Assembly (NCBI GenBank): GCA_000320545.1 | Contig: ADNK01000150.1 | Span: 62,001 to 126,000 of the forward strand | DNA from: Bigelowiella natans CCMP2755 | Taxonomy: Eukaryota; Protista; Cercozoa | Reading direction: 5' to 3' | DNA length: 64,000 nt | In this document: positions 1 through 13,879 of the stretch, one piece after another | How positions within the stretch are numbered: position 1 is the stretch's first letter | Layout of the letters: each line of letters opens with the position of its first letter | Notes under the pieces: model-generated | Told to the model about the DNA's origin: nothing | The model's input: the letters and a program-made list of their open reading frames with translations, nothing else | Database searches by the model: none | Program-made: the position numbers and the translations under genes

Positions 1-102
1 CTGTACATAGCATTCAAATTCTGCCAATTATATTACTGAGTGAGGGTGCTATCCAGCTAATGGATGTGCATATTTTACTTGGGGATTTTTTTTTTATATC
101 AG

Positions 103-1247
103 CGATATTAAGCCGGCGAACATGTTAGTGAATCATAAGGGTCAAGTGAAGCTAGCTGATTTCGGTATTCTTGGGTTCCTCCCTTCGTCCGGTCAGCTAT
201 CGAAAACTATGGTAGGCACGCAAAGGTAGCAAGCATTTGTCTGGTACATGAATAACTTCCCATGCATAATCGTCCCAATATTCTTTTGTTTCTTCAATCT
301 TTGCGTGTTTATATTTCTACAAGATACATGAGCCCCGAAAGGATTCAATCCAGCGGCTACTACTACAACGCCGATATTTGGAGCTTGGGGCTGGTAGCAA
401 TGGAAATGGCCAAGGGCCGTTTTCCGCTTGACGTAGAGCCTAATGCAGGATATTTCGCAATCGTTGGGGTATTTGCTATGTTTTGGTTGCTCCCCTTCTT
501 AGTGCTAATGACTTTCGCTTAAAACATGGCCATCATCGTTGGACAATGATTTCTTCTCGGTGTTATTGCATGTTGGGTTACTTGGGGTGATTTCTTCTCG
601 GTGTTATTACATGTTGTGTTGGGCATCATTCTGCAGGCAATATGCGAGGGACCTGCCCCATGTCTAGACTCAAAGAAATGGTCGAAGGACTTCTGCCGAT
701 TTTCCAGTCTCTGCGTCCAGAGAGAACCTACAGTGCGACCTGGAGCCACGGGGTTGTTGCTACTACTTATCAAGCAGCATTTTGCGCACAGTCGATGTGC
801 TGTTTCAAATCTACATATTTTGAATCTCTTTTCTCATCGCACAGGTTACTATTGCATGACTTTGTTCGAGATGTTGACGCGGAGGAGTGTTGTCCAGATT
901 GGCCCTTCCTGTTGAAAAAAGACATGACTAAAGAACAGAAGGGACGTGAAGAGCGCCAAAAGGAGAAAAGATATAAAGATCTGAAGCAAGTTATGACAAT
1001 TTTTGTAAATCAGCAGATCCAGAACAAGAAGTACAAACACTCTCTCTACACCGAAGCTCTATTTCAAAATGTTGGGGAACAACTGGGGTTCGAGAAAGCT
1101 GAAGTGCGATCTTGTGTTGAATCGCTGATGCTCGAAGCAGTCGAAAGGAGACACGACGACAAAAACTTGAACCCGATTTTAGATGACGGTGCAAGCAACA
1201 AGGGCTCTCTGCGACTCTCGAAGGCCAATAAAGAGAGTGAGAACTAG
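103..1247 (+). CDS. MAP kinase kinase (STE7/MEK family), 3' part; 5' end lies outside the window
   Basis: Spliced exons read [21 protein letters not shown]...MVGTQR|YMSPERIQ...[19 protein letters not shown]|AICEGPAP...[14 protein letters not shown]. These are kinase subdomains VIb-XI with the MAP2K-typical YMSPERI. The last exon adds about 130 aa and stops at 1247. Confidence 0.85.
547..618. repeat. Short direct duplication (about 28 bp) inside a MAP2K intron
   Basis: tgatttcttctcggtgttatt(g/a)catgttg occurs at about 547 and about 588. Confidence 0.8.
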
Positions 1248-1259
1248 GGTTAACAAAGA

Positions 1260-2120
1260 TACACATGAAAATGCAATCGAGTGCTAACACGCCTACTTGC
1301 GAACACTCAATGATAACGCATGAACGTACGGGTGTGCGGTACTGCATGCCATTTCGGGCCAGCCATGTCTAGATGTGGCCGCATGGCACACACGCATAAA
1401 TTTGATCCAAACTGTTCAGGTGCTTGCTTGAGTGATCTAGTGATATAGCTACATCTATAGACATCTATCTGGACGTGCGTCCAGTTGCTAGAGTTGGCAA
1501 GCAGCACTAGAGCATGTGTGCATGTACTGTACCAGTTTAGTAGTCATTCGCATGATGTCCGTAATGATAGAAGGCTGTCATTGCTATGACATGCTCTTGT
1601 TATCGGCGGTAGCTTTGTCGCCTCACCCATGTTGCAATGATGCGCAACCACGCATTATTACACATGAATTACTTCCGCAAAACTTGTTGCAGCTTCCGCA
1701 CTTTGCGCGGCAATGACGATCTTGATGTAGTTTGTTGTCATCACGCACGAATGAAGCACAATGGCTGTCAGGATTGAACCAATGGCGTTCCATGCATCGG
1801 CGTCATCAGCTCACTTCTTTGCCATGGACTGCATGTGCTTCACGAAAGCTACCACAGCGTGCAACTCTGATAAATTCCAATGCAAAGTATCATAGACACT
1901 GTACTAACTATATAACTAGTGTACATAGATGTTGCCCTGGGCACGCTATCCAGAGCATTTCTTTTCGCTGTTATTCATATTCAGTTCATGTGTCTATCAA
2001 GAACAAGAGCTTGGACTGAGTAGGCACGCGAATAAAACAAATTGGTTGCTTTGTTGGGAAGAGTGTTATATTAGGGAGACGTATGTACGTGCTGATAATA
2101 ACAGAACTAGCCTTGTTACA
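1260..2120. other. CTAG/CATG-rich spacer island (convergent MAP2K / Clu)
   Basis: Dense ctag, catg and tgca; catgtctagatg at 1364. Confidence 0.6.
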
Positions 2121-2131
2121 CATTATTTGAT

Positions 2132-5033
2132 TCAATCCATATCACTCTCGCTGTCTTCGGCAAAGCGTTCATCGGAGTCATAATCATCCTTGCTCGTGCG
2201 CTCCTGTACCTTCCAGTCACGCATGCCCTGAACGATGTTGCTGGACAAGTTCTGCTGCTGCTGGGAAATCGACCTCAACTGTGGCTGGTGGCGGTTCTGC
2301 TGCATTCGTCGTGGTTGTAGACCTTCTTGCATCAAGGCACCTCCAGTTTCTGTGCTCTGCAATCGGAGAGTACTACGCATAGCCTCCTTAGCTTGTCCAT
2401 TTGTTGCCGAAGCTGGGGCCGACCTATTTCTCCCCTGCCATTTCTTCTCCCTCTCCTCTTTGATCAGGACTTTACCACCAGGCCGGACACCAAAAGGTCC
2501 ACCAAAAGGCCGGTCACCAAAGGTTGCACAATTTCTTTTCAGAAATGTCCGAGCGTTATCCTGATTAGCAGTCCCATCACCACCGTTGAGCCAATTCATA
2601 TAGCCGGGGATGGGGATATTAAACCCCACACCATTCCTGACGGCGCTTGGATTGCTTCGACTGCTAGCACTAGTTGCACGATTCGTTGTCTTGCTGCTAC
2701 CACCAGATGGCCTCTGCTGCGATGAGGATGATGTTGTTGCCGAAACGCGAGACGGGAGCTTCAAACGCCTACTCTGATTAACCAGTAAGCGCTGATCTTC
2801 AAGTCCTTGCTCTGTATGAGGTTGTTTCAATATGATCCTAGATTTGGTGGAGGAATGAGAGGCAGCAGTAGGCGGAGTAGCTCTAGCAGCATCACTCCTG
2901 GAAGATCTCATCAGCTTTAATTTCGTTTTGGCCTTGACGTGTCCGCCGAGGGAAGCTTTCGTGTACCTGCCGTAGCAAACCAACACTACTCACACACAGA
3001 TTGCTGACGATTATTATCCACACACACGCATGCTAGGACACAATGTATTTTAGATGCAGTCCAGGCAAAGCATTTACAGTAGCAGCAGCACCACCACCAC
3101 CACCGACACCACTAAAACATCGCTTCTCACCAGTGTACAGCCTTCCTGCTGTATTTGCTGCTGCTGCTAGTGTTGTGAGAAAGCACACCATCGTTGCCCT
3201 CTGCTGCCCCCCCCGATCTGCTGGTGCTGGAGCTGTTACGGGCGAAGTACATATTCCCCATTTGGTACTGTGCTTCCGCATCGCCTTGGTTCGCTGCCTT
3301 GAGTAGCCACGCCATGGCCTTTTCTATATCCTTTTGGGTTCCGTTGCCAACCTTATAGCACAAACCGACGTTCCTCTGCGCATTTGCATGGCCTAGATTG
3401 GCGGCTTTGAGGTACCAACGGAGGGCCTCCGCTTGATTCCTCTCCCTCCCCAACCCGTAGTCGTAGCAGTTGGCCAAATGATCCATCGCCTGTGCATGGC
3501 CTTGCTCGGCAGCGAGCTGGTAATAGTCGGCTGCCTTCACCGCGTCCTTTTTCTCAACGCCGAACCCCATCGCATAGATGGTGCCAAGCTTGTAAGCAGC
3601 CATCGTGTCTTGGTTGTCGGAAAGTTTTTCGAGGAGCTCCTTCCTTCCCTCGAGATCAGGGGGGAAGGGTCCAATGCCAAATTGTTGGCAGTGGGCGATA
3701 GCGTGCGGTGCTTGCTTGAGCGCCGCTTCGAGCCATATGGCGCTCGCTCTTCTCTGCGTGAGCTTGTCGCCACCATGACCCCCTTGTCCGTACCAGTAGC
3801 AAACGGCCTTCGAGAGCGCGGCCAGCCCAAGCCCCTTGGCACGTGGCGTTAGAGGCAGGAAATCGTCGATCACAAAGGCATCTTTCCCCGCGTCAGCAGC
3901 AGCAAAGGCCGCCGTCGATGCGTCATAGTCTTCGCTGTCATCATCACCACCGCGAGTCCCTTGAAGCCCCCCCGCCCCCTCTCCTCCTCCTCCTCCTCCT
4001 CCTCCTCCTCCTCCTCCTCCTTCTCCCTTATTACTACTACTACTGGTCGCCTGAAGCTGCTGCCCCAACAGCGTTGCCTCCGCATCCTCTGTCATCTTGA
4101 ACCCGCACATCTTGCATAGTCTAAGGACCGAGGCGACGACACGCTGCCTCCGCCGACGAATCTGCAGGAGCCTTCTTCTCGTTCTCCTTCTCCTCATCTC
4201 AATCAATCTCCTCATTTTCTTCTTCCCCGCCTCCGTTGACCAATCCCACTCCTTCTCCTCCTCCTCCTCCTCTTCCTCCTCTTCATTTCTCTCCTCATCA
4301 TCCTCTTTCTGCGCAGCTAGTACGATGTTCTGAGCAAGCTGTCCGAATTTTCCCCCCACAACGGTTTGGACGCGTTTGAGTAAAGAAGGGTCCCTCCGAC
4401 AGAACTTGGTGAGAGTTTCGCAGAGTGCTGTCGAGATACGAAACGCAGACGGGCGCCTCCCGCAGCCTTGGAGGACCGCTCGCTGCTGCCCACGCACGAT
4501 ATCCTTGAGGGTACGCGCGATGATTTCTACCAGAATGGCCTCTCTCTCCCTGCTGGAAGTTACGTGGGAGTGGAGCAGGCCAAGGTGGTGGATGTTGATG
4601 CCCTGCGTGTGTCCGTAGCTGCAGATCAGCATTGCACGGTGAGCGACATCTCTTGGATCGCCGCCGTCAGGTTCCTCAATATTCTTGCTGCTGCTGCTGC
4701 TGCTGCTGCTGCTTCCTTTCTGCGATGACAACTTCTTCGAGGAGGAAGAAGTGGAGGAGATGGAGGAAGAGCGTACGAAAGGTGCCATCTTTGTAGCAGT
4801 CTGGTCGTATGCCACCTTGTCGATTTCCTTGGCTATTCTTGGAATGAGAACAGAGAGAAGGTACTGCGTGGCTTCGGTTACCTATAACAGAAGAGGGGAA
4901 GGAAGTAGAAGCATGTGTACGTTTATTCATGACTTTGTCAGTTACATCGGCATACATATTCACATTTTTGGCGCCCAACGCTGGGCAAATTATCATCATC
5001 CTCTCCGAAAAAAAATTCAAACACACACAATGG

Positions 5034-5065
<32 letters not shown>

Positions 5066-6912
5066 ATATATGCATGTATTAATATATTAAAAAGGTGCAC
5101 ATATACCTTGCGATTATGAGTTGACGCGTCTCTCCCACCGTTGCTAAATGCGGAAAGAGCGTCAACACTAAGCCCAATTGCGTCCACCTTCTCCTCCTTC
5201 TTTCTTGATGGTGGTGTGGTGTTGGTAGTTGGTGGTGGATGACCGTGGCTCTCACCACCACCACCACCACCCCCACCATCACTACTAATACCCCCCTCTC
5301 CCTTCTCAACGCTAGTATCTCTATGAAGGAGATCCGCATAACTCCGAACAAATTCAGGCCTGAGCATTCGATAAAATATGGCTTGTGGCTTGCAGGGACT
5401 GTGAAAATGACGCATCAGTTTCGGGTTCTGTGGAGGCATTCCTCGTGCGCAATCTATCAAATATGCACGCCCATCCGTTCCCATGTGGACCTCCTGGTCG
5501 CCAGCAAGCTATTGCGCGGAAAGAGGGAAAAGAGGGGGAGAAGCAGGCAGTTAGTTTTGTTAGGGATGAGGAAGAACGAATCATGCGACAGACGACGCTG
5601 GAAGACGGAGGACTGCGATCTAACAATGTGCATATGGATGCAGGAGTTCTGTACACGAGGCATCTCTTCTCCCCCCCCCCCCCCCCCCCGCTTCCTGTTG
5701 CTGAGGCTCCACAACTACTACTAGTACACCACTACTAGCACTACTACCACAAGCAACATAACTTACTCGCAACTTAGCGATCCCTCTCACAGAGTGACGG
5801 GCCAGCCCCATTGCCTTTGCAGCTCGCTCCACGGTGTCTCGTACGACTGGATGCGCACTGCCGTCAACCACACACTTATTATCACCTCCATAGACCAGCG
5901 TATCCTTTGCAATGGGCAGTAGAGGCATGCAGAGAAGGCGATGCCCTGCATAGTCAATCATAACCTGCAGCGGCACACGCACCGATGAGGTTGTCTTTGA
6001 GCTGATACAACTCGCAGAGTAGAATGCGTCCACCACCTTGAGCTCCTGTGCTGCCGCCTTAGCGGCAAGGTCTATTCGTGGCACATCGCCGCCATAGATG
6101 TACCTTTTCTGCGTCCCGTTCCTCCTATTTTCTTCCTCGTTAATGCAAGGGTCACGGACAAGTTTGAACAAGAGTCCGCGGGCGATGAACTTGTCCCCCC
6201 CCGCTGTACCACCGAGCGTGTTGCACGCCTTGATGGTTTTTTCGTTGTCAGGCAGGTAGAGCTCGCTGAGGATGACCTTGCCATATGTGCAGGCCATGTC
6301 TTGGAAGTCATGGGAAACATGATATAGGCGAGCGAAGTCCTCAGCTTCAATTGCGCGCTGCGTCTCCTCATTCCACCCCCAGTCATGGTCAACTTTCTCC
6401 GCTTCAGTAGCGCCTTCTTTCTGCCCTTCTCTCCCCTCTTCTGAGGCCACCATGTACGGATCGTCATAGGGTGTGCTGTAGTTTTGTTTCTTGTCTGCAG
6501 TTAGTTGATTACTGCGTGATGATACCAATGGAGTCGTGACGCCATAGCGAAGGGTATTATCGCTATCATTCTCATTCTCATCATCATCATCATCATCATT
6601 TTTCTTCAGATCACTGTTTTTGCTGCAAACTTTATCACTACTGCTGCCTTCATCGTCCATATTTATTGTGTAAAGATATGCTGAGTTCTTGTTTTGCTTT
6701 GCTAACAACATGCTTTCGTATTTGTAGGGATCGTCATCATCATCATGCTGGCTCATGCATCGTAGCCTCTGTAACTCTTCGTCTCTTTTTTGCAGCTCCT
6801 GGCTCTTGTGCTGCAGCTCTCGAAGAAGCTCTTCCCGCGACATGCTTTTCCATCGCTCAGCTTCTTTGAGATGTTCATTGTCGATTGACCCAGCTCCTCC
6901 TACTTCCGCCAT
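2132..6912 (-). CDS. Clu (clustered-mitochondria)-domain protein with Sel1-like repeats and a disordered C-terminus
   Basis: ATG at 6912. Clu motifs: WNEETQ..DFQDMACTYGKVILSE, GGTAGGDKF, PLQVMIDYAGHRL, GTDGRAYLIDCAR, MLRPEFV, HTQGINIHHLGLL, VEIIARTLK. About 4-5 Sel1 repeats at 3130-3620. An intron (CACTG|gtgaga...cag|GTACACG) restores KAVHWYTKAS and joins the 2132-2967 exon. Confidence 0.8.
5034..5060. repeat. (TA)n microsatellite in a Clu-gene intron; representative of dozens of intronic SSRs
   Basis: Direct reading. Confidence 0.95.
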
Positions 6913-7178
6913 GACAAGATTCGGACGGAGAGAGGACAGACAGCACAAGAAAGGGATTTGATACCTGCGACAACCATCATTTTGAAAATAGTGCTCCTAA
7001 TGGAACCTTATCGCATCTCTCTGCACGAATTCCGAGGTTCACGCCAGCCAAAAGCCTTATATCCAGTTGTCGCAATGTAGCAATCATGGTGAATTCGGAT
7101 ATTTCTTCCTGAGCAACGACAGCGGTCGAGATGGTTGTCGCAGGTGTAAATCGGCACTGAGATGCGATTCCATAGCTT

Positions 7179-10100
7179 ATGATGGAGGCCCACCTCGCCC
7201 GTCCTCGTCGACGGCTCTACGCCAGCCATCCCCTCATCTTGTTCCTCACATTCAGCTCCCTGACGATCATGATCAGCATGTCGGCAAATAATGTGCTGCT
7301 TGGTGTGAGGGGAAAGGCAGGGATGGGGAGGTCCACAGTGTCGCAAACCTACCGCGCTGGCCGCATGTTCAATGCCAGAGATGCAAGTAGTCGGGCGAGG
7401 TGCTCAGCACACTCAAAAACGGCAGTTCGCGCTGGTAAAGATAGACCTTCTTCTGCAGTAAAAGGACCGATGTCTGCCCTTCGGTTATATAACACAGCAA
7501 CGAGAGACAAGCAGGCATTCGAGCCGGTGAGTGGAAACAAACACGAGAAGAGGCAGCCAAGAGCGACTCGCTCCCGGCTGCGTGTATTGAATGAGTGAGG
7601 GGGGTTTAGCCCTTGATACGAATAACGCGCCTTGACATTTTTCATCAAGAGGAGGTGGGGGGGAGTGACCATTTTGGCCAGCCCTCTTTGACGTTTCCGA
7701 CCTCTTCCGGAGTAGGGTACTTCGGGCAATAGAGACGAGGGTGGAAGAGGGGCTTGAGAGCACGGAATATATATCTCTTGACAATTATCAGGCGTCTCCG
7801 CCTCGAGTGACATTCTATTCATGTGGCCCAACGGTTTACGACTTTGCCCACATCGGCAACTTCAGGGTCGGCAACCTAACAGCACGCCAACAATTCATGC
7901 ATCACCTGAACGAGCGCGTTTTTTTGCGTCCTTAGGCGTTCCTTACGTATGACGTACTGAAACGGTGGTTGCTATATCTGGGATACGATGTGGATCACGT
8001 CTGCAACTTGGTGTGAGCAATTTCTTGTCCTACTTCTCCCCTCCTTATATCCTCTTCAAATATATGCTCTGCTCCACTAATGATATGGAAAATGTCCCTA
8101 AATTGCAGATGGATCAATTTCTCTTTCTTCTTAATCTTGACCACCATCTCCATTAGACGGACATCGATGATAAGATTCTGCAGCGCATGGCTAGGGACGA
8201 CGTCTCTCTCAAAGACTTAACCACCAAGTTCGGAAAATAAACTTTTAAAAAAAAAGAAAATTTGACATTCCTGCCAAATAGCGATTTTCTATAGTTGTCC
8301 TCAGCACCTTCTTTTTCTCCTTCTTCTTCTTGCTCTCTCCCGTCTCATTGTAATTGCATGCACACAGGTACAGTGAGCTCTTCTTCGAAGACCTCAAAGC
8401 TCTGAATATAATGCCTGCTGGAAAGTACCCCAAAGCCACAGAGCATATCGATGATATCGTCCAAATGATTCAATCTCTCATTGATAAAGGAGCAGCCTAC
8501 AAGGTAGGTTCCCTCCACTTTCCCCTCCCTCTCTATTTCTCTCTCTCTCTCTCTCTCTCTCTCCTGATCCCACCATATCTTCTTTCTTCTCAGAGAGGCG
8601 AATCTGTGTACTTTAAAACGGAGGCCTTTGAGAGTTATGGTAGCAATACATGCTACTCGTCCACTACCGTTAGCCAACACCTACCAGGCTCGAGCGCATC
8701 AATGATTTCCTATGACTTATGTTATAATATTCACGTGGCCTCATGAATGAGTGGTGATAGTACTCTCCATGTCGTGTGTAAATTGTTGAAGATTCAGTTC
8801 CGGGAATTGGATGTTAGTTAGCCATTGCTGTGTCTCTCATTCTTTCCTCCCAACCCAGGGGCCCTCTCAGGCATGAATCTCGAAGGGAATGAACAGGGTC
8901 AAGGGGAGGGGGGGAACAAGGTGATCTGAGCACAGCTTAGTAACATATTAGTAATGCAGATATGATGATGATGATGATGATAATGATGATGATGATGATG
9001 ATGATGATGATGGTGATGATGTGTGATAGCTATGTACTAATAATCATAACAGTCCAGTCCACTACTCCTGATGATGATGATGATGCCAATAGTGTGGAGA
9101 GTAGAAATAACCGCGACTGCTGGTTACACTCGATGATATTGATGTGTGCTCGATGTGGTGTTCAGTTCATCGGTGAGAAGGAGAATGCAAAGGATTTCGG
9201 TATTATGAATCATGCTAGATACGCTCGTGCACACAGAATAAACCGCACACGACAACAAGCATAAGCACTTTTCCATAAATTTTACAATGTACACTCATTT
9301 AAACAACATCACACATACACAGTGCTATGGAAGGCCCATAAGGAGGAGGATGGAGATGTGAGAGCAACTGCCGCAACAGCACAGCAAGAGAGGATCACCA
9401 AAATGAAAGAACGGGGGGGGGGGGGGATGCGATTTTGGACGATGATCTCTTGTATCTTATCAGCTTTGAATATTGAATCATATTCAACGCATTTGTGTAC
9501 CTCCCCCGCGCCCCGCATTTCGTTGGAATGGCTTCTGCTTTTCTATTTCTCTTCATCATCACATGCTACAGAAAATAGCCTAAAGAGATAGTGCCTCGAA
9601 ATGTAAATGTATTAGAAGAATACGATACGATATGATTTAATTCTCGTCGTCGTCGTCGTCGTCGTCGTCGCACATTACAGGTGGTTTGGGATACACCAGT
9701 AGGGAGGGGAAGGCCAGGATGGCACATCGAATGCAGGTCGGTATCCTTGCCATTCTTCTTTATTGTCATCGTTTTCGTCGTCATCGCCGTTTTCGGGGTA
9801 GTAATATACTCTGTCTTCCAACGTTTGACGATGCCCTTTCAAAAAACACGCACTACGTTCTCTGATTGTTATTCGTGCATTCACCTCCTCTTTCTCTTCA
9901 TATCTCCTCCTCTCATCAGTGCAATGGCTCGACGCTACCTAGGGGATACGTTAGATCTACATGCAGGAGGAGGTTCTTTGATGATCACGCTCACACACAC
10001 GCACGCACACGCACGCACGCACGAACGCGTGTCTTAGAATGGAAGTTGTTATATCGATAATTTTGTTGTCGTACACACTCAATCACAAGTAGAAAGACGT

Positions 10101-10514
10101 GCGCGTGCAAAAGTCTCCAACGTCATCTATTGCCAATTCTTTTTAAATATTTTTCGTCATCATCATCATTATCATCACTATCATAATGATAATAATTATC
10201 ATCATCATGATCCTCCTCCTCATCCAACGCCCTCTCCCCGCATCTTGGCTGTATTTATTGCACCCGCAGTTGACTTGGTATTTCCCCATCATGAGAACGA
10301 GCGTGCCCAGACCGAAGCATGTACTGGCTCTCAGATGTGCAATTGCTGGGTATGGTGTAATATGAACTAAAAGAATACAGTATAATATTCTTTCTTGGGG
10401 TGAGGCAGTGTTGATTGGTAAGAGATATGTACTACTGTAGGGATTGTGAAAAAGCAAAAGCAGCAGCAGTATATCCTGCGATCAATCCATGATGCAACTG
10501 TTGCTTGATGAATA

Positions 10515-10557
<43 letters not shown>

Positions 10558-12106
10558 ATTATATAAATACGTGATATCTGTGTGTATGTATGTATGTGTG
10601 TGTACATAACAATGTTAGATCCATAACGGCTTCGTCAATATCAACAACGAAAAGGTTGGCCAAACAACTACCATCGTAACCATTATCATCATCATCATCG
10701 TCGTTGCCGTCATCGCCATAACAACAATCCCTTCTCCCCCCCCTCAGATGTCTAAATCGTTGGGCAATTTCCTCACTCTAAAGGGTATAGTTGGTGGGGA
10801 GATGGGGTGAAGGGGGAGGCAGCATGTCCTCACTCTGCGTCAAGAGACGAGAGAGAACAGAAAAACTAGCAGTGACGCAAAAGCAGTGCATACTTCACAA
10901 CCATCCCACTGCCGCTCCTTCCCTTTACTATTGTCCATATTTACGATGACCGCCTACGCTCAGGCACTTTCAAAACGAGTCTGGACGTGCGCGCCTTCCG
11001 ATGTGTGTGGGATGATGACGACGATGAAGAAGAAGAAGAAGAAGAAGAAGAAGAAGAAGAAGAAGAAGAAAACTACGACGACGATGTTAAAAAAAATACG
11101 ATCAGATCAAAGGCATCTCTCTCTCTCGTCCTGATAATAGCCATTGTTCATAATCTCCTCATGTTTGAATAGCAATCACTAATTGAAATAACATTTTGGC
11201 CGCTGCTGCTGCTGCTGCTGCTGCCTCGGTTTGGCACCAGGGTTGGTTCTTTCTGCACAGTACCGCAGCCCGTTGAATTTCGAAGAGTCGTCGCTGAACA
11301 ACGCGAGGAAATCGGTCAAGCGATTAGGTTGTTGTGGCAAAGGAGGAAAGGAAGGGGGGGGGAATGAAGAAGGGGAGAGGGGTGGGGATTTGGAATCTTT
11401 GCCGGCTGCTCCTTGTACACGTATTGCGAACGCCTAAATGAAAATTGATAATATAGTAGCAAATGTACGTCACACACACACACACACTACATGATAGATA
11501 CGTTACGTGCTAAAGCTGAGGAGGGGAAGAGGACTACCATTGCTCCGGAGGTCGTCGCACAAAACAGATGATGATATCCTCTCCACCATGCCATCACCAG
11601 CATCACCAGCAGAATAAGCATGACTAACAGCCAAATCATGTGCCTACTGCTATATCATTGCAATGGCCTCTTCCTATGATGACATCCCTGCAGCAGTATC
11701 ATCGCTCCATCAAACCATCGGTGTCCTTCAGCATTTGCTTCCAAAAACTTCAGTTTTTTAATATGCGACGAATATATAATTGCCGATATTATTATTTGTA
11801 TTATTATCAACAGAATGAAGAGGGATACGGAAAGGCCCTGAAACAGATTTCCGGGACTATAGAAAAGGGGTTACGCAGTGTGTGTGTGTGTGTGCGTGCG
11901 TGCGTGCGTGTGTTCTACAATCGCAAAACCATCTTTCTCGCTTTAGTCTACACTGCATATCCTCTTACTCCTCCGTCACCATATTGACCGACCTCTAGAA
12001 TGGCAGCATTCACTGCTGGAATGAACGATGACCTGAATACACCAAGGGCCATCGCCGGAGTCTTCAGCATAGTGAAGGTTTCTTGAAAGACTGCCGTATT
12101 GTGTGG

Positions 12107-12169
<63 letters not shown>

Positions 12170-12590
12170 TTATATATTTCCTCCTTCTCTTCCTCGCTTT
12201 CCTATCATTACTACTAGACTACTTTCTCTTTTATGCTTCTTTCTCCAATACTCACCGCTTCTTCCCTTTTAATACTAGGCTGCGGAACAGCTATCGAAGA
12301 AGGTGTGCTACTACCACTACTACTGCCACTACTACTACCTCTACTACAACTACTACTACCACACAAAGGGGGGAGGGGAGAAACGAATACCCACCAGAGC
12401 CTTCCTTCAAAAACTGTTAATGATAAAGTGTTGTATGTTTTGTTTGCTTGTTGCCATTGTGTTCTTCTTCTGTTGTTGTTGTTGTTGTTGGTGGTGTACT
12501 GTGAAGGATTTGCTCATTGGCGGAGTAGCAGAATTAGTGGTCAACACACTCGACAATGTGAGAAGCTACTGCGGCTGCTGCTTTTTCTTC

Positions 12591-12625
<35 letters not shown>

Positions 12626-12860
12626 GAGAAATGCTCAAACGCCCCCCCCCGTCACTGCTTCCTCTTTTTCTCGTCGTTAATGTTCTCTTTTCCTCCTCCT
12701 TCTTCTTGGTACTTCTCTTGGGTTGTGGTCATCATAACGTCGCTAGCTGGACAGTGTTCTCGGTATTTTCTATAAACCGACTGGATTTGAGGTTGCACAC
12801 CACAAAACATGGATATGTAAATATATGTGTATTCTCAATATGCTGACCCACGCGCTTTCT

Positions 12861-12899
<39 letters not shown>

Positions 12900-13164
12900 A
12901 CGCACATGCACACACGCACACACGCACATATTTGCATATAAACACATAAAAGTATAGGAAGGATTCAAGTCCTTGTTTCCTCACCATGGCTGATCATCTT
13001 GCTTATATGGAATGATGATCATTTGTATTATGCATTTACTTGCGATCTTCGTGTGCTGCTTACGATTTAACTACTAGGTTGTCAAGGAGAAGAAAGAAGA
13101 GGTTTCTCCCAAGATTCTCTCTATCCCCTCCTCCTCCTCTTCCTCTTCCTCTTCCTCCTCCTTC

Positions 13165-13199
<35 letters not shown>

Positions 13200-13730
13200 G
13201 GCATAGAAAAACATAGCGATAAGCAATCAACTTTCATTGCTCTCCTCTCGTTGTCTCTGTTTTATTCGAGACAATAAACAATACCAACGATCACCAACCT
13301 GCCTCGTTGCAATGTTCATCAGATTTTGAGCATAGATGAGCTCACAGAGGAGGTAAGAGCGATGATACTGCAGCGGCAATCTGCCAAGGTAGTGCTAGTA
13401 GGAGGAGCAGCGAGGAGGAGGAGGAGGAGGAGTAATGTTGTAGTGCGATGTAAATCCTCACCAACATTTCATTACTACAGGAATCAAAGAATTGGGAGGA
13501 GGCTGATGCTATTAGAGACAAGTTGCAGGTTACTTACATAAATCTATGCGTGTGTTTAGGCGCACGGGTAAATTAAATTTGCGTTTTTTCACCCTCTCGC
13601 TCGCTATTCAACGTTTCAAACATTGCAACTGAATGAAATATGAATGCTGTGTCGATGACGACGACAGGCGCAAGGCTATATAATAGTCGACCAAGCGCAG
13701 GGGGAGCTACAAGTGAAAAGGCTGGCTTAG
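7179..13730 (+). CDS. cysS: Cysteinyl-tRNA synthetase with N-terminal organelle-targeting presequence (about 25 exons)
   Basis: Exons give [17 protein letters not shown] (HIGH-like), [41 protein letters not shown]|MSKSLGNF (KMSKS split by an intron), [10 protein letters not shown], and [12 protein letters not shown]|AQGYIIVD with stop at 13730. Confidence 0.95.
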
Positions 13731-13879
13731 CAATGATAGTAGCTGTAGCAGCTTCAGCTACTTAGAGTAATTTTAAGAGTTGGGCATTATTTAGTAGTTG
13801 AAGAGAAGATAACAATGATGATTAAAATAGATTTGATACTGATGTGAATGAAGAACGTCTTCTTATCATTACAGCTACA

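Noticed and set aside
3127-3129. Apparent stop ending the Sel1 ORF at KAVHW
   Set aside because: The TGA lies in a GTGAGA donor; splicing restores the Sel1 consensus WYTKA and continues into 2132-2967
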